Shown here: piece after piece, positions 1-7,090 of the stretch
Numbering within the stretch: the stretch's first letter is position 1
How the letters are laid out: every line of letters begins with the position of its first letter
DNA from: Candidatus Doudnabacteria bacterium RIFCSPHIGHO2_01_FULL_46_24
Lineage (GTDB): Bacteria; Patescibacteriota; Doudnabacteria; UBA920; O2-02-FULL-48-8
Reading direction: 5' to 3'
DNA length: 42,329 nt
NCBI GenBank assembly: GCA_001777575.1
Contig: MFEL01000007.1
Coordinates: 1 to 42,329 of the forward strand
Translations under genes and position numbers: made by a program
Notes under the pieces: generated by a model
Told to the model about the DNA's origin: nothing
Database searches by the model: none
Seen by the model: the letters and a program-made list of their open reading frames with translations, nothing else

Positions 1-143
1 GAATCGCTAGTAACCGTGAATCAGCCTCGTCACGGTGAATACGTTCTCGGGTTTTGTACACACCGCCCGTCACGTCATGGAAGTGGGCAGTGCCCAAAGA
101 TCTCGCAAGAGGTTTAAGGCAAGGTTCATGACTGGGACGAAGT

Positions 144-927
144 CAACTTACGGCTTCCTATGCGAGCAATCGCATAAGCAAAATCTAACTATATCGGTGA
201 ACTCCTAAAGTAACGTTTAGGACAATACCGAGGGAAGTTAGGCTAGAAGCGCGAGTATGTCTCAAACAAAACTTGGTAATCAGATTAAACGAGCGGCATT
301 AACGCCACAAGAAATTGAGGTTGTTATAGCTTGTTTGATCGGTGATGGCACAATTTGTAAGTCTGGCAACGGTAGATATTATCGACTCCGTATCGAGCAC
401 TCGGCTCGGCACAAAGAGTACGTTGAATGGAAGTACAATCTTTTGAAAAGATTATGTATTTCGCAAATTCAATATCTTCCATCCAACGATTCTTACAAAG
501 TAGGCACAGTAGGCCATCCAGAAATTACCACGTTAAGAAAAGTTTGGTATCCATCAGAAGTAAAACAAGTTGCTGCCAATTTCAGGCTAACGCCTTTGAT
601 GATAGCAATCTGGTTCATGGACGATGGCACTAAGCATCGAGACACTGTGGACATTTCAGTCCACAACTTCTCTGATGAAAGCATAGAGATCTTAAAGAAC
701 GAATTACTAAGATACGGCATTGAAACTACAGTTAATTCGGATTCAAAAGGTTCTCGGCTCTACATCATTAAGAGAATTTATCCGCTCTTTAAAGAACTTG
801 TTAAACCGTACATTGTAAAATGTATGGCATACAAGTTGCCCTAACCCCGTAGAGACTATACGTTAGCTCCAAGGAAACTTGGATGAAGATATAGTCCGGC
901 ACTCTTAGTAATAAGAGATTACAGTCG
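144..927 (+). mobile_element. Group I intron in 16S rRNA, inserted after the U1495 equivalent (E. coli numbering)
   Basis: 5' exon ends in U143 and the intron ends in G927. The guide sequence TTACG-GCTTC (148-157) pairs with both exons (P10 with CGTAA; P1 with GAAGT including the U.G pair). R element AGAGACTATA (851-860) and S element AAGATATAGTCC (886-897) form P7. Confidence 0.93.
257..844 (+). CDS. Intron-encoded LAGLIDADG homing endonuclease (two-motif type)
   Basis: Motifs IACLIGDG and IAIWFMDDG; the ORF loops out between the pairing arms GTTAGGC and GCCTAAC. Confidence 0.92.
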   Translation: MSQTKLGNQIKRAALTPQEIEVVIACLIGDGTICKSGNGRYYRLRIEHSARHKEYVEWKYNLLKRLCISQIQYLPSNDSYKVGTVGHPEITTLRKVWYPSEVKQVAANFRLTPLMIAIWFMDDGTKHRDTVDISVHNFSDESIEILKNELLRYGIETTVNSDSKGSRLYIIKRIYPLFKELVKPYIVKCMAYKLP

Positions 928-1153
928 CGTAACAAGGCATCGGTAGCGGAAGCTGTCGATGGATCACCTCCTTTCTAAGGAGAAATTACTTGACCAGACC
1001 GCAATTCGTTGCGTCTGTCAAGCCAATATGGTCGTTTATCAGGTTTTATACCCTGATAGAACATCAAAGGACTTCAAAGTGAAAAGACGATTTTTACTCT
1101 GAATTTCGCAAGAAATTTGGAGACTTATTCCCAATAAATTGTTTGCAAATTTG

Positions 1154-1176
1154 AAACCGCCGGAAGGCGGTTTTTT
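1154..1176 (+). terminator. Intrinsic terminator ending the 16S transcript
   Basis: AAACCGCC-GGAA-GGCGG-TTTTTT about 180 nt after the 16S 3' end. Confidence 0.8.
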
Positions 1177-1210
1177 GGTAAAAAAAATCGACGTCTGTGA
1201 CGCCGATGAG

Positions 1211-1690
1211 CTAGAGTCCGAATGGCGGGATGAGTGCCTTGAGGCGAGCCAGAGCTTTGGGCACGGCTTTGAAGATCAGCTTTTCTCTGCCGTCCCAGTA
1301 GTAGTCTGGTTCTTCGCTGACCAACTGGGCTCCGCAGGCTTTGGCAACGCCAATCATGGCTCCCCGATTGGTCGTCCCAAACGCCTCCTGGAATCCCATC
1401 TGCAGGAATCTGTCGCCAAGTGCCACGAGGAGCCGCATGCTCACAGTTCCATACCGGTAGCGTGATTCAGGAAGCACGCTCATGCCGGTCATCCACGCTT
1501 CGCGAATGTTGGTGATGCCAATCACTACGCCGACAACGAGATCGCGCTGCTCAGCGATGAGGATCGAGTCTCTCTGAAACCGACAAAGCCTCGACAGGCT
1601 ATACCGGTTATGGCCCTCGGGGAACCCACGACGGTAGCAATCCACCAGCCCTTCAAAGTCCCTCGTTCTGAAGTTTCGGATCATTATCAT
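1211..1690 (-). CDS. GNAT-family N-acetyltransferase
   Basis: IRNFRTRDFEGL start, VVGVVIG, and AWMTGMSVLPESR (motif A region); strong SD AAGGAGG upstream. Confidence 0.75.
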   Translation of the reverse strand: MIMIRNFRTRDFEGLVDCYRRGFPEGHNRYSLSRLCRFQRDSILIAEQRDLVVGVVIGITNIREAWMTGMSVLPESRYRYGTVSMRLLVALGDRFLQMGFQEAFGTTNRGAMIGVAKACGAQLVSEEPDYYWDGREKLIFKAVPKALARLKALIPPFGL

Positions 1691-1723
1691 CCCGCTTCCT
1701 CCTTAATTCGGTATTATATATGG

Positions 1724-1756
1724 AATTTTAATCCGCCGGAAGGTGGTTTTTTTGTA
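1724..1756 (+). repeat. Degenerate direct copy of the 16S terminator region (1148-1180)
   Basis: AATTTTAATCCGCCGGAAGGTGGTTTTTTTGTA versus AATTTGAAACCGCCGGAAGGCGGTTTTTTGGTA. Confidence 0.7.
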
Positions 1757-1829
1757 GCTCTGTTTCAGCCCGCAGCCCTTGACTTGCGAAGCGGTAATAG
1801 GTTATTCTCTAATGTCAAAGGAGGAGCGC

Positions 1830-2225
1830 ATGAGTGAAATACTGGACTTCGTGGTGAATTCGGCTGACGTCATCTTTTACGGTATGCTGGTGATTGGAGT
1901 AATAGGGCTGGCAATCGGCTGGTTCTGCATCCCGACGAAGGCGCGTGGTAAAACCAACGCCGGTGCCATCGCGGAAGGCGACTGGTACGTCAAGGATATC
2001 GGCGTTACCAAGAACTTGGTTGCCTTGGAGCTACTCCGCATCACCAGACCCTGCCGTACATATGTCGGGTTTGGTTCGGACCATCCGGACTTTGAGGTTC
2101 TGAAGCGAGTCACAAAGCTTCAATCACTCAAGTTTCGGTTTCAGGCTGAACCAGTAGAGGGGGTGTTCCGCGACACCAACACTTCTGCGTACCTGCGCCT
2201 TGAGTCTGCCGGTAACGTTTGGTAA
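1830..2225 (+). CDS. Hypothetical membrane-anchored protein
   Basis: SD AGGAGG before ATG 1830; one N-terminal TM segment. Confidence 0.7.
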   Translation: MSEILDFVVNSADVIFYGMLVIGVIGLAIGWFCIPTKARGKTNAGAIAEGDWYVKDIGVTKNLVALELLRITRPCRTYVGFGSDHPDFEVLKRVTKLQSLKFRFQAEPVEGVFRDTNTSAYLRLESAGNVW

Positions 2226-2254
2226 CCTTCCGACAGCTCTCTTTTTTTGTGATA

Positions 2255-2283
2255 TTGAACAATTTCTGAAAATATGCTATAAT
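2255..2283 (+). promoter_or_regulatory. Sigma70-type promoter for the small Cys-rich ORF
   Basis: TTGAAC-N17-TATAAT with a TG extension. Confidence 0.7.
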
Positions 2284-2316
2284 ATATAAGTGAGTATAAA
2301 CATTAAAATGATATTT

Positions 2317-2406
2317 ATGGACCAACCAAAGCCCGAGGGAGAAGTTTGCACCATGTGTAATCACATGCACAAGCCAGATGGCACATGTGATTGCGGCTGT
2401 GCCTAG
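2317..2406 (+). CDS. 29-aa Cys/His-rich peptide, metallothionein-like (not in the ORF track)
   Basis: MDQPKPEGEVCTMCNHMHKPDGTCDCGCA*, bracketed by its own promoter and terminator. Confidence 0.7.
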   Translation: MDQPKPEGEVCTMCNHMHKPDGTCDCGCA

Positions 2407-2413
2407 TTCTCCT

Positions 2414-2446
2414 AAAACCGCCCAGTCATTCGACCGGGCGGTTTTT
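2414..2446 (+). terminator. Intrinsic terminator
   Basis: AAAACCGCCC...GGGCGGTTTTT. Confidence 0.75.
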
Positions 2447-2459
2447 GTTTATCCTTGTT

Positions 2460-2488
2460 TTGACGCCGGGCGGAATTTGTAGTATACT
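2460..2488 (+). promoter_or_regulatory. Promoter of the cold-shock gene
   Basis: TTGACG-N17-TATACT followed by a 5' UTR of about 110 nt. Confidence 0.6.
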
Positions 2489-2607
2489 TACCCCGTGCAA
2501 AATAGTTATCTTAAGAAAAGTCGTCGAATTTCACAATAAATATTTTTGCCCGCCTAGACTCGACATTAGTCGAGGCTGGCCACTTAATCAATTAATCACA
2601 ATAAATC

Positions 2608-2805
2608 ATGAATGGTGTAATCAAGAAAAAGACCGACAAGGGTTTTGGATTCATTACCGTTGAAGGTCAAGAAAAAGATTTATTCTTCCACAGCAATTCG
2701 CTGGTAGGAGTTACCTTCGATGAGCTCAAAGAGGGCGATTCAGTCACCTTTGACACGGAAGAAACCCCTAAGGGTAAGAACGCGGTCAACGTCCAGCGCG
2801 TTTAA
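2608..2805 (+). CDS. cspA: Cold-shock protein (CSD)
   Basis: RNP1 KGFGFI, RNP2 LFFH, and the C-terminal KGKNAVNV. Confidence 0.95.
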   Translation: MNGVIKKKTDKGFGFITVEGQEKDLFFHSNSLVGVTFDELKEGDSVTFDTEETPKGKNAVNVQRV

Positions 2806-2815
2806 GACCTCTAAC

Positions 2816-2853
2816 AAAAAAACCGCCCCTCGACAAACTCGGGGCGGTTTTTT
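2816..2853. terminator. Bidirectional intrinsic terminator
   Basis: A-tract-CCGCCCC...GGGGCGG-T-tract between convergent ORFs. Confidence 0.8.
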
Positions 2854-2854
2854 G

Positions 2855-2944
2855 TTATTTGGCTTCCGGAGTTACCGTGGTCGCGGGTGTCGCGGGCTCA
2901 GCGGGAGTTTCCACAGCTCCGGTTTGTTTGACGTTAGTATCCAT
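2855..2944 (-). CDS. Candidate 29-aa Pro/Thr/Ala-rich small protein (not in the ORF track)
   Basis: MDTNVKQTGAVETPAEPATPATTVTPEAK*; AAAGGA upstream; the stop abuts the bidirectional terminator. Confidence 0.5.
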   Translation of the reverse strand: MDTNVKQTGAVETPAEPATPATTVTPEAK

Positions 2945-3001
2945 ACTATTTGCATCCTTTCCCTGATTACTTTGCCCCGACCATCCACGGATTAGGTGAC
3001 T

Positions 3002-3056
3002 GTCTTGATATCAAGACTAAGCAATTAATTATAGCTGTTATGGGGCGAGGTGTCCA
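3002..3056 (-). promoter_or_regulatory. Promoter plus a perfect 16-bp palindrome
   Basis: Minus-strand TGGACA-N17-TATAAT (3056-3028); GTCTTGATATCAAGAC at 3002-3017, just after the predicted +1. Confidence 0.55.
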
Positions 3057-3067
3057 TAGCTGACAAT

Positions 3068-3823
3068 CTAATGCGTAACAGTCACGAGGTAGCCCATGAT
3101 GAGAAGTCCCGCGACAAAGGGGATGAGGATGCGGTAGACATGTTTGTGCGCCGCTCGGTGATGGATTTCGGGGATAAGGTCAGAGGCGGCGATGTAAAGG
3201 AAGATGCCCGCAACCCCGGCTAGCAGATATGGCAGTGCCACTTCCAGGCTCTGTGCGGCCAGGTAGCCAGCCAACACGCCGAGTAGAGTTAAGAGTGAAG
3301 ACAGAAGATTGACCGTAATAATTTTGGCTTTGGACCAGCCTAGATCCAAAAGGATGCTGAAGTCGCCGATTTCTTGCGGCACTTCGTGAGCAGCAATGGC
3401 CAGGGTCGCGGTTAGGCCCAGCGCCGGCTCAGCCACGTAAGCAAGAGCGATTGCCACGCCATCCAAAAAGTTGTGGAAGCTGTCGCCGGTGATAATCAGC
3501 CAGGGCAGAGATTCGGTGTGCTCTTTGTGGTCGAGGGGATTTTCGGCTCGGTGATTGGTGTGCATATGGCGCATAATCAAGCGCTCCAAACTGAAAAAAA
3601 CAAAGAACCCGACCAAAACGGCGATGAACACGCGATGCGGTTCAGTTACCGACTCCACCGCCTCAGGGATTAAGTCTAAGAAACTGACAGCCAAAAACGA
3701 CCCGGCCGCAAAAGCCAATAGCAGAGTCATGATTTTTTTGATGGCCGCCGATTGCCACAAAAGCAGGACGCCGCCGATGAGCGATAGCGCCCCCCCGAGA
3801 AGCCCATACAAAATAAGTGTCAT
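3068..3823 (-). CDS. ZIP-family divalent metal (zinc) transporter
   Basis: GDSFHNFLDG and HEVPQEIGDF motifs, a His-rich loop and multiple TM segments. Confidence 0.92.
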   Translation of the reverse strand: MTLILYGLLGGALSLIGGVLLLWQSAAIKKIMTLLLAFAAGSFLAVSFLDLIPEAVESVTEPHRVFIAVLVGFFVFFSLERLIMRHMHTNHRAENPLDHKEHTESLPWLIITGDSFHNFLDGVAIALAYVAEPALGLTATLAIAAHEVPQEIGDFSILLDLGWSKAKIITVNLLSSLLTLLGVLAGYLAAQSLEVALPYLLAGVAGIFLYIAASDLIPEIHHRAAHKHVYRILIPFVAGLLIMGYLVTVTH

Positions 3824-3851
3824 GAGTTAAAGTATATGCTATATTATAGCC

Positions 3852-4385
3852 ATGGGCAAACTTGACCGAAAAACATTTTTTAACCTGTTCGGCTTTGAGG
3901 AAGTCAAAAAACGCGAACAGATTTTGCGAAGCTACAAAGCCAAGGCTGACGCCAAGCGGACCTTTGCCGAAAAGCTGGCTGATCAGATGACCGGCAGCTT
4001 CGGCAGCATGACGTTTTTGGTATTAAACGTGATTTTTTTCACAGTTTGGCTGCTGATCAACACCGGCCGGATTGCCGGAGCGGAAATTTTTGACCCCTTC
4101 CCGTTTGTTTTGTTGACCATGGTTGTGTCGCTGGAAGCGATTTTTTTGGCGATCTTCGTCTTGATTTCCCAAAACCGGGCGGCCAAGATTGAGGACATCC
4201 GTGAGGAAGTGGAATTGCAAATCAACATCATTGCCGAGAAAGAAGTCACGAAGCTCATGAAAATGGTGGCTTTGCTTTTGGAGAAACACGGCATTGACCT
4301 GCAAGAGGATCAGGAGCTTCAGAAGATGCTCAAAACCGTGAGCGCCACTGAACTTGAGAAGAGGCTGGAAAAAGAGATTTCTTAA
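3852..4385 (+). CDS. DUF1003-type membrane protein
   Basis: FDPFPFVLLTMVVSLEAIFLAIFVLISQNR signature. Confidence 0.85.
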   Translation: MGKLDRKTFFNLFGFEEVKKREQILRSYKAKADAKRTFAEKLADQMTGSFGSMTFLVLNVIFFTVWLLINTGRIAGAEIFDPFPFVLLTMVVSLEAIFLAIFVLISQNRAAKIEDIREEVELQINIIAEKEVTKLMKMVALLLEKHGIDLQEDQELQKMLKTVSATELEKRLEKEIS

Positions 4386-4526
4386 ATTTACAACCGGAGT
4401 ATAGCCTGAACCATAGAACAACTTTTCCTCGGACCGGGTTTATGGCAGCTTGGATTATTCGGGTCTGCGTCTGATCACATGCGCCGGAACCTACAGCCGG
4501 CTCAAGGGCCATTTTTCTGACAATTT
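4385..4526 (+). ncRNA. Candidate structured RNA, 6S-like (strand uncertain)
   Basis: CCTGAACC (4405-4412) can pair with GGCTCAAGG (4499-4507) around an internal stem; no credible ORF here. Confidence 0.3.
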
Positions 4527-4601
4527 GGTGGTAGTGGTATATGCGGCAGACCGGTAATTTTGTATACTATAGAACATCAGGATTTCCCGAGGAGGGTTGA
4601 T

Positions 4602-4784
4602 ATGAAGAAATGGCTGGCGGTGGGTCTGGGCATTGGAGTTGTGGCCGGCGGAATCTTTTTTGCGGCCAGAACATGGCAGTGGCTGGCGGCGAAGATCAGA
4701 AGGCCCTGGGACGAGGATTACGTTTCCGAAGAAACCCTATTCCGGCTGCGGCTATTGGACGATGATAAGCGCCGCGATATCTGA
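4602..4784 (+). CDS. Small single-TM protein
   Basis: SD AGGAGG; MKKWLAVGLGIGVVAGGIFF. Confidence 0.65.
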   Translation: MKKWLAVGLGIGVVAGGIFFAARTWQWLAAKIRRPWDEDYVSEETLFRLRLLDDDKRRDI

Positions 4785-4926
4785 AGGGCAGGATTTGCAA
4801 TTTAAGTCCTGTCCTTGCTCGTTGGGGCGATTTTTGTTAAAGTATTGAAGCAAAAATAGAGATTTAGCGTTTTGGTGCGGGGTCACCTGACCCAGAAGTA
4901 GAATTTTTATAATCTGCCTTGCTGAT

Positions 4927-4993
4927 GGGCGCGTAGCTCAGGCGGTTATCCCAGTAGTAGATGCTTCACATCACTACGGGACAGGGAGCGCTA
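4927..4993 (+). pseudogene. 5' half of a tRNA gene interrupted by a palindromic element
   Basis: Removing 4949-4985 restores GGGCGCGTAGCTCAGGCGGTTA|GAGCGCTA exactly. Confidence 0.75.
4949..4985 (-). repeat. CCTG-tailed REP-like palindrome
   Basis: TCCCAGTAGT...ACTACGGGA-CAGG hairpin with no target duplication. Confidence 0.7.
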
Positions 4994-5033
4994 CCCCGCA
5001 CCTGCTATAATTTATCAATTATTCCTTGCTGTT

Positions 5034-5110
5034 GGGCGACTAGCTCAGGTGGTTAGAGCGCGTCACTGATAATGACGAGGTCGATGGTTCGAGTCCATCG
5101 TCGCCCACCA
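5034..5110 (+). tRNA. tRNA-Ile(GAU)
   Basis: Complete cloverleaf, anticodon loop CTGATAA, encoded CCA; extended -10 TGCTATAAT at 5003-5011. Confidence 0.97.
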
Positions 5111-5130
5111 GCAGGGCATAATTATAGGGC

Positions 5131-5222
5131 AGCGCGCCTGCCCCGTACCAAACGCGTAGCGTTTTGGTGCGGGGTCACTGATAATGACGAGGTCGATGGT
5201 TCGAGTCCATCGTCGCCCACCA
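5131..5222 (+). pseudogene. Duplicated 3' part of tRNA-Ile interrupted by a palindromic element
   Basis: 5131-5136 plus 5175-5222 are identical to 5057-5110; the insert 5137-5174 is CCTG-CCCCGTACCAAA...TTTGGTGCGGGG. Confidence 0.85.
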
Positions 5223-5240
5223 AAATCGCAAAGCGATTTT

Positions 5241-5270
5241 GCCTCGAGCGAGCGTAGCGAGTCGAGAGGC
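5241..5270. repeat. REP-like palindrome left of the GIY-YIG gene (inverted partner at about 5458-5497)
   Basis: GCCTCGAGCGAGCGTAGCGAGTCGAGAGGC; its reverse complement resembles CCCCTCGGCTCG...CTCGCTTGGGG on the other side. Confidence 0.6.
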
Positions 5271-5275
5271 TAAAG

Positions 5276-5483
5276 ATGTGGTATTTTTACATAGCAAGGT
5301 GCATTGATAAAAGTTTATATTGCGGTATTAGCAGTAACACCTTGAACCGTATTATTCGCCATAATAATCGCCGAGGCGCAAAATGGTTTACGAAGCATGG
5401 AAGCACAAATCAAGCGTTGGTCGAGAATAAAAAAAGAAAAATTAATTAACGGAGAATACCCCTCGGCTCGACTGAAGGCTTAG
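5276..5483 (+). pseudogene. GIY-YIG nuclease (YhbQ/UPF0213-like), internally deleted and frameshifted
   Basis: MWYFYIARCIDKSLYCGIS...RIIRHN...GAKW, then EAQIKRWSRIKKEKLI in another frame from 5400. Confidence 0.8.
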
Positions 5484-5517
5484 TCTCGCTTGGGGTAAAA
5501 ATTTTTTCAAAATTTTT

Positions 5518-5757
5518 ATGAGATTTGTCTGGGGAATGGTTTGGGTAGTGATAGGGTTTTTGCTAATTAGATACAATTACCTGCTGGTGGGATTTTTTGG
5601 CCATGTGCCGTGGGCCGAACAGCACATTGGTGGTGGGGGGACATACACACTTTACAAAATCGTCGGAGTCATCGTCATTATCCTCGGCATGCTGTACGCC
5701 TTCAATGCTGTTGGCTTCCTTACCGGCCCAGCCGGCACCCTGTTTCCTTCGCAATAA
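5518..5757 (+). CDS. Small two-TM membrane protein
   Basis: Two hydrophobic segments around WAEQHIGGGGTY. Confidence 0.75.
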   Translation: MRFVWGMVWVVIGFLLIRYNYLLVGFFGHVPWAEQHIGGGGTYTLYKIVGVIVIILGMLYAFNAVGFLTGPAGTLFPSQ

Positions 5758-5763
5758 TTACTC

Positions 5764-6088
5764 GGGCCATTAGCATAGTGGTAGTGCACCCGGCCGCGCC
5801 CCGTAGTCAACCGTAGGTTGTACTATCGGGGTTTGCACCCCGTACTAAATTTTTGATATTTGTTTTGTTGGGCCGTTAGCTCATTTGGTAGAGCGCCACA
5901 TTTGCAATGTGGAGGTGACCGGTTCGAGCCCGGTACGGTCCACCAGGATAAGAATCAAAAATTAGTACGGGGCAAGTCCGGCGGGTGCGAGTTCGATTCT
6001 CGCACGGTCCACCAGGATAAGTGATTTTCAAAAAATTAGTACGGGGCAAGTCCGGTGGGTGCGAGTTCGATTCTCCCATGCTCCACCA
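5764..6088 (+). pseudogene. Disrupted outer tRNA-Ala(UGC): 5' half 5764-5793, loop remnant 5832-5837, two 3' halves 5977-6014 and 6051-6088
   Basis: Removing the palindromic inserts gives a cloverleaf with G3.U70, loop TTTGCAT, T-loop TTCGATT and ACCA. Confidence 0.7.
5870..5945 (+). tRNA. tRNA-Ala(UGC)
   Basis: Complete cloverleaf, G3.U70 pair, anticodon loop TTTGCAA, encoded CCA. Confidence 0.97.
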
Positions 6089-6145
6089 GAATTCAGCATA
6101 GATTTGAGAATCGCCGGCAAGGCGATTTTTTGATATGATTAGATC

Positions 6146-7066
6146 ATGGATACTCAAGAATATATTTGTGAGACTTGTGGAGGAAATCATCCCACCGATG
6201 CACATCAAGACAATCTTGAAAATCGTCCGGAAGTCTCCATAGATCGGTTACTATCGGATACTCCTGAATCTCGACCAGCTGAACAAAAAAGAGAGTTTTC
6301 TGTTGAAATTAAGGGACAAAAATTCGATTTTTTAGAAATCCAATCGGTTGAATCTTCAGATACCTTGCTTATACATCTTCCCGGGTTCGGGGAAGACGCC
6401 GAGCAATATGCCGAGCCCATGCACGTCTTAATGGAAAAGAGCTACCGTACCGTCGCCTTGAAAAGATACGGGGAAGTATTTTCGAGAGAACTCTTAGTAG
6501 AGGCGCTGGGACAAGTAATTCAATCAAGTGGAAAACAAAATACAGTTTTTCATGGAGATTCTTTTGGCGCGGCTGTTGTATACGACTTGATTAGTAACCC
6601 TGCCGATCGTGAATTTCTAAAAAGAAACAACGTAGTGGGTGCCATTTTAGAAGCACCTTTCTTGGATAAAAATCATCTTAAAGGCAAAGCACGATTAATT
6701 CCAGACGAAGTACTTATACGAGGAAGTATGCTGTTTGATAAAGTCAGGAATCTACGGTCCTTAACACCGCGACAGGACATGGTGGAGTTATCGCCTTCTG
6801 AAAAAAAGAGCATAATAAGGGAGGCGTTGCGAGAGAAAAAAGGCGAAAGAAAAATTGAGGTGCCAATTCACGTTGTTTTTGTTGAAGATGAGAGTCTGTC
6901 TGATAATGAGAAAATTATGAAGACTTTGCAGAGTCAAGGGCAGGAAGTTAGTTCCATTACGGTCATGAGCGCTGATGACAATAGACATCATATTGCAGAT
7001 GGGCAATATGAAGATATGTGGAGAGAAGAAAAAGAAGCGATAGACGTTTTCGTGAAGCCAGTTTAG
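6146..7066 (+). CDS. Alpha/beta-hydrolase-fold protein with an N-terminal CxxCxxxHxxxxH motif
   Basis: LIHLPGFG oxyanion region, GDSFG nucleophile elbow, and a late His (RHHI). Confidence 0.75.
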   Translation: MDTQEYICETCGGNHPTDAHQDNLENRPEVSIDRLLSDTPESRPAEQKREFSVEIKGQKFDFLEIQSVESSDTLLIHLPGFGEDAEQYAEPMHVLMEKSYRTVALKRYGEVFSRELLVEALGQVIQSSGKQNTVFHGDSFGAAVVYDLISNPADREFLKRNNVVGAILEAPFLDKNHLKGKARLIPDEVLIRGSMLFDKVRNLRSLTPRQDMVELSPSEKKSIIREALREKKGERKIEVPIHVVFVEDESLSDNEKIMKTLQSQGQEVSSITVMSADDNRHHIADGQYEDMWREEKEAIDVFVKPV

Positions 7067-7090
7067 CGCTAAAGCCAAAGCAGTTTTCCA

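Larger units (their letters stand above)
1..976 (+). rRNA. rrs: 16S rRNA, 3' part (exons 1-143 and 928-976)
   Basis: Conserved TTGTACACACCGCCCGTCAC, GAAGT|CGTAACAAGG once the intron is removed, and the terminal GGATCACCTCCTTTCT with the anti-SD. Confidence 0.98.

Noticed and set aside
5935-6088. Roughly 70-nt tandem units as a CRISPR array or a tmRNA 3' end
   Set aside because: Only two units, no unique spacers and no cas genes; the units are a palindrome arm plus a tRNA-Ala 3' half, with no tmRNA body or tag ORF.
5876-6208. 110-aa minus-strand ORF with internal repeats
   Set aside because: It is the antisense reading of tRNA-Ala and its duplicated fragments.
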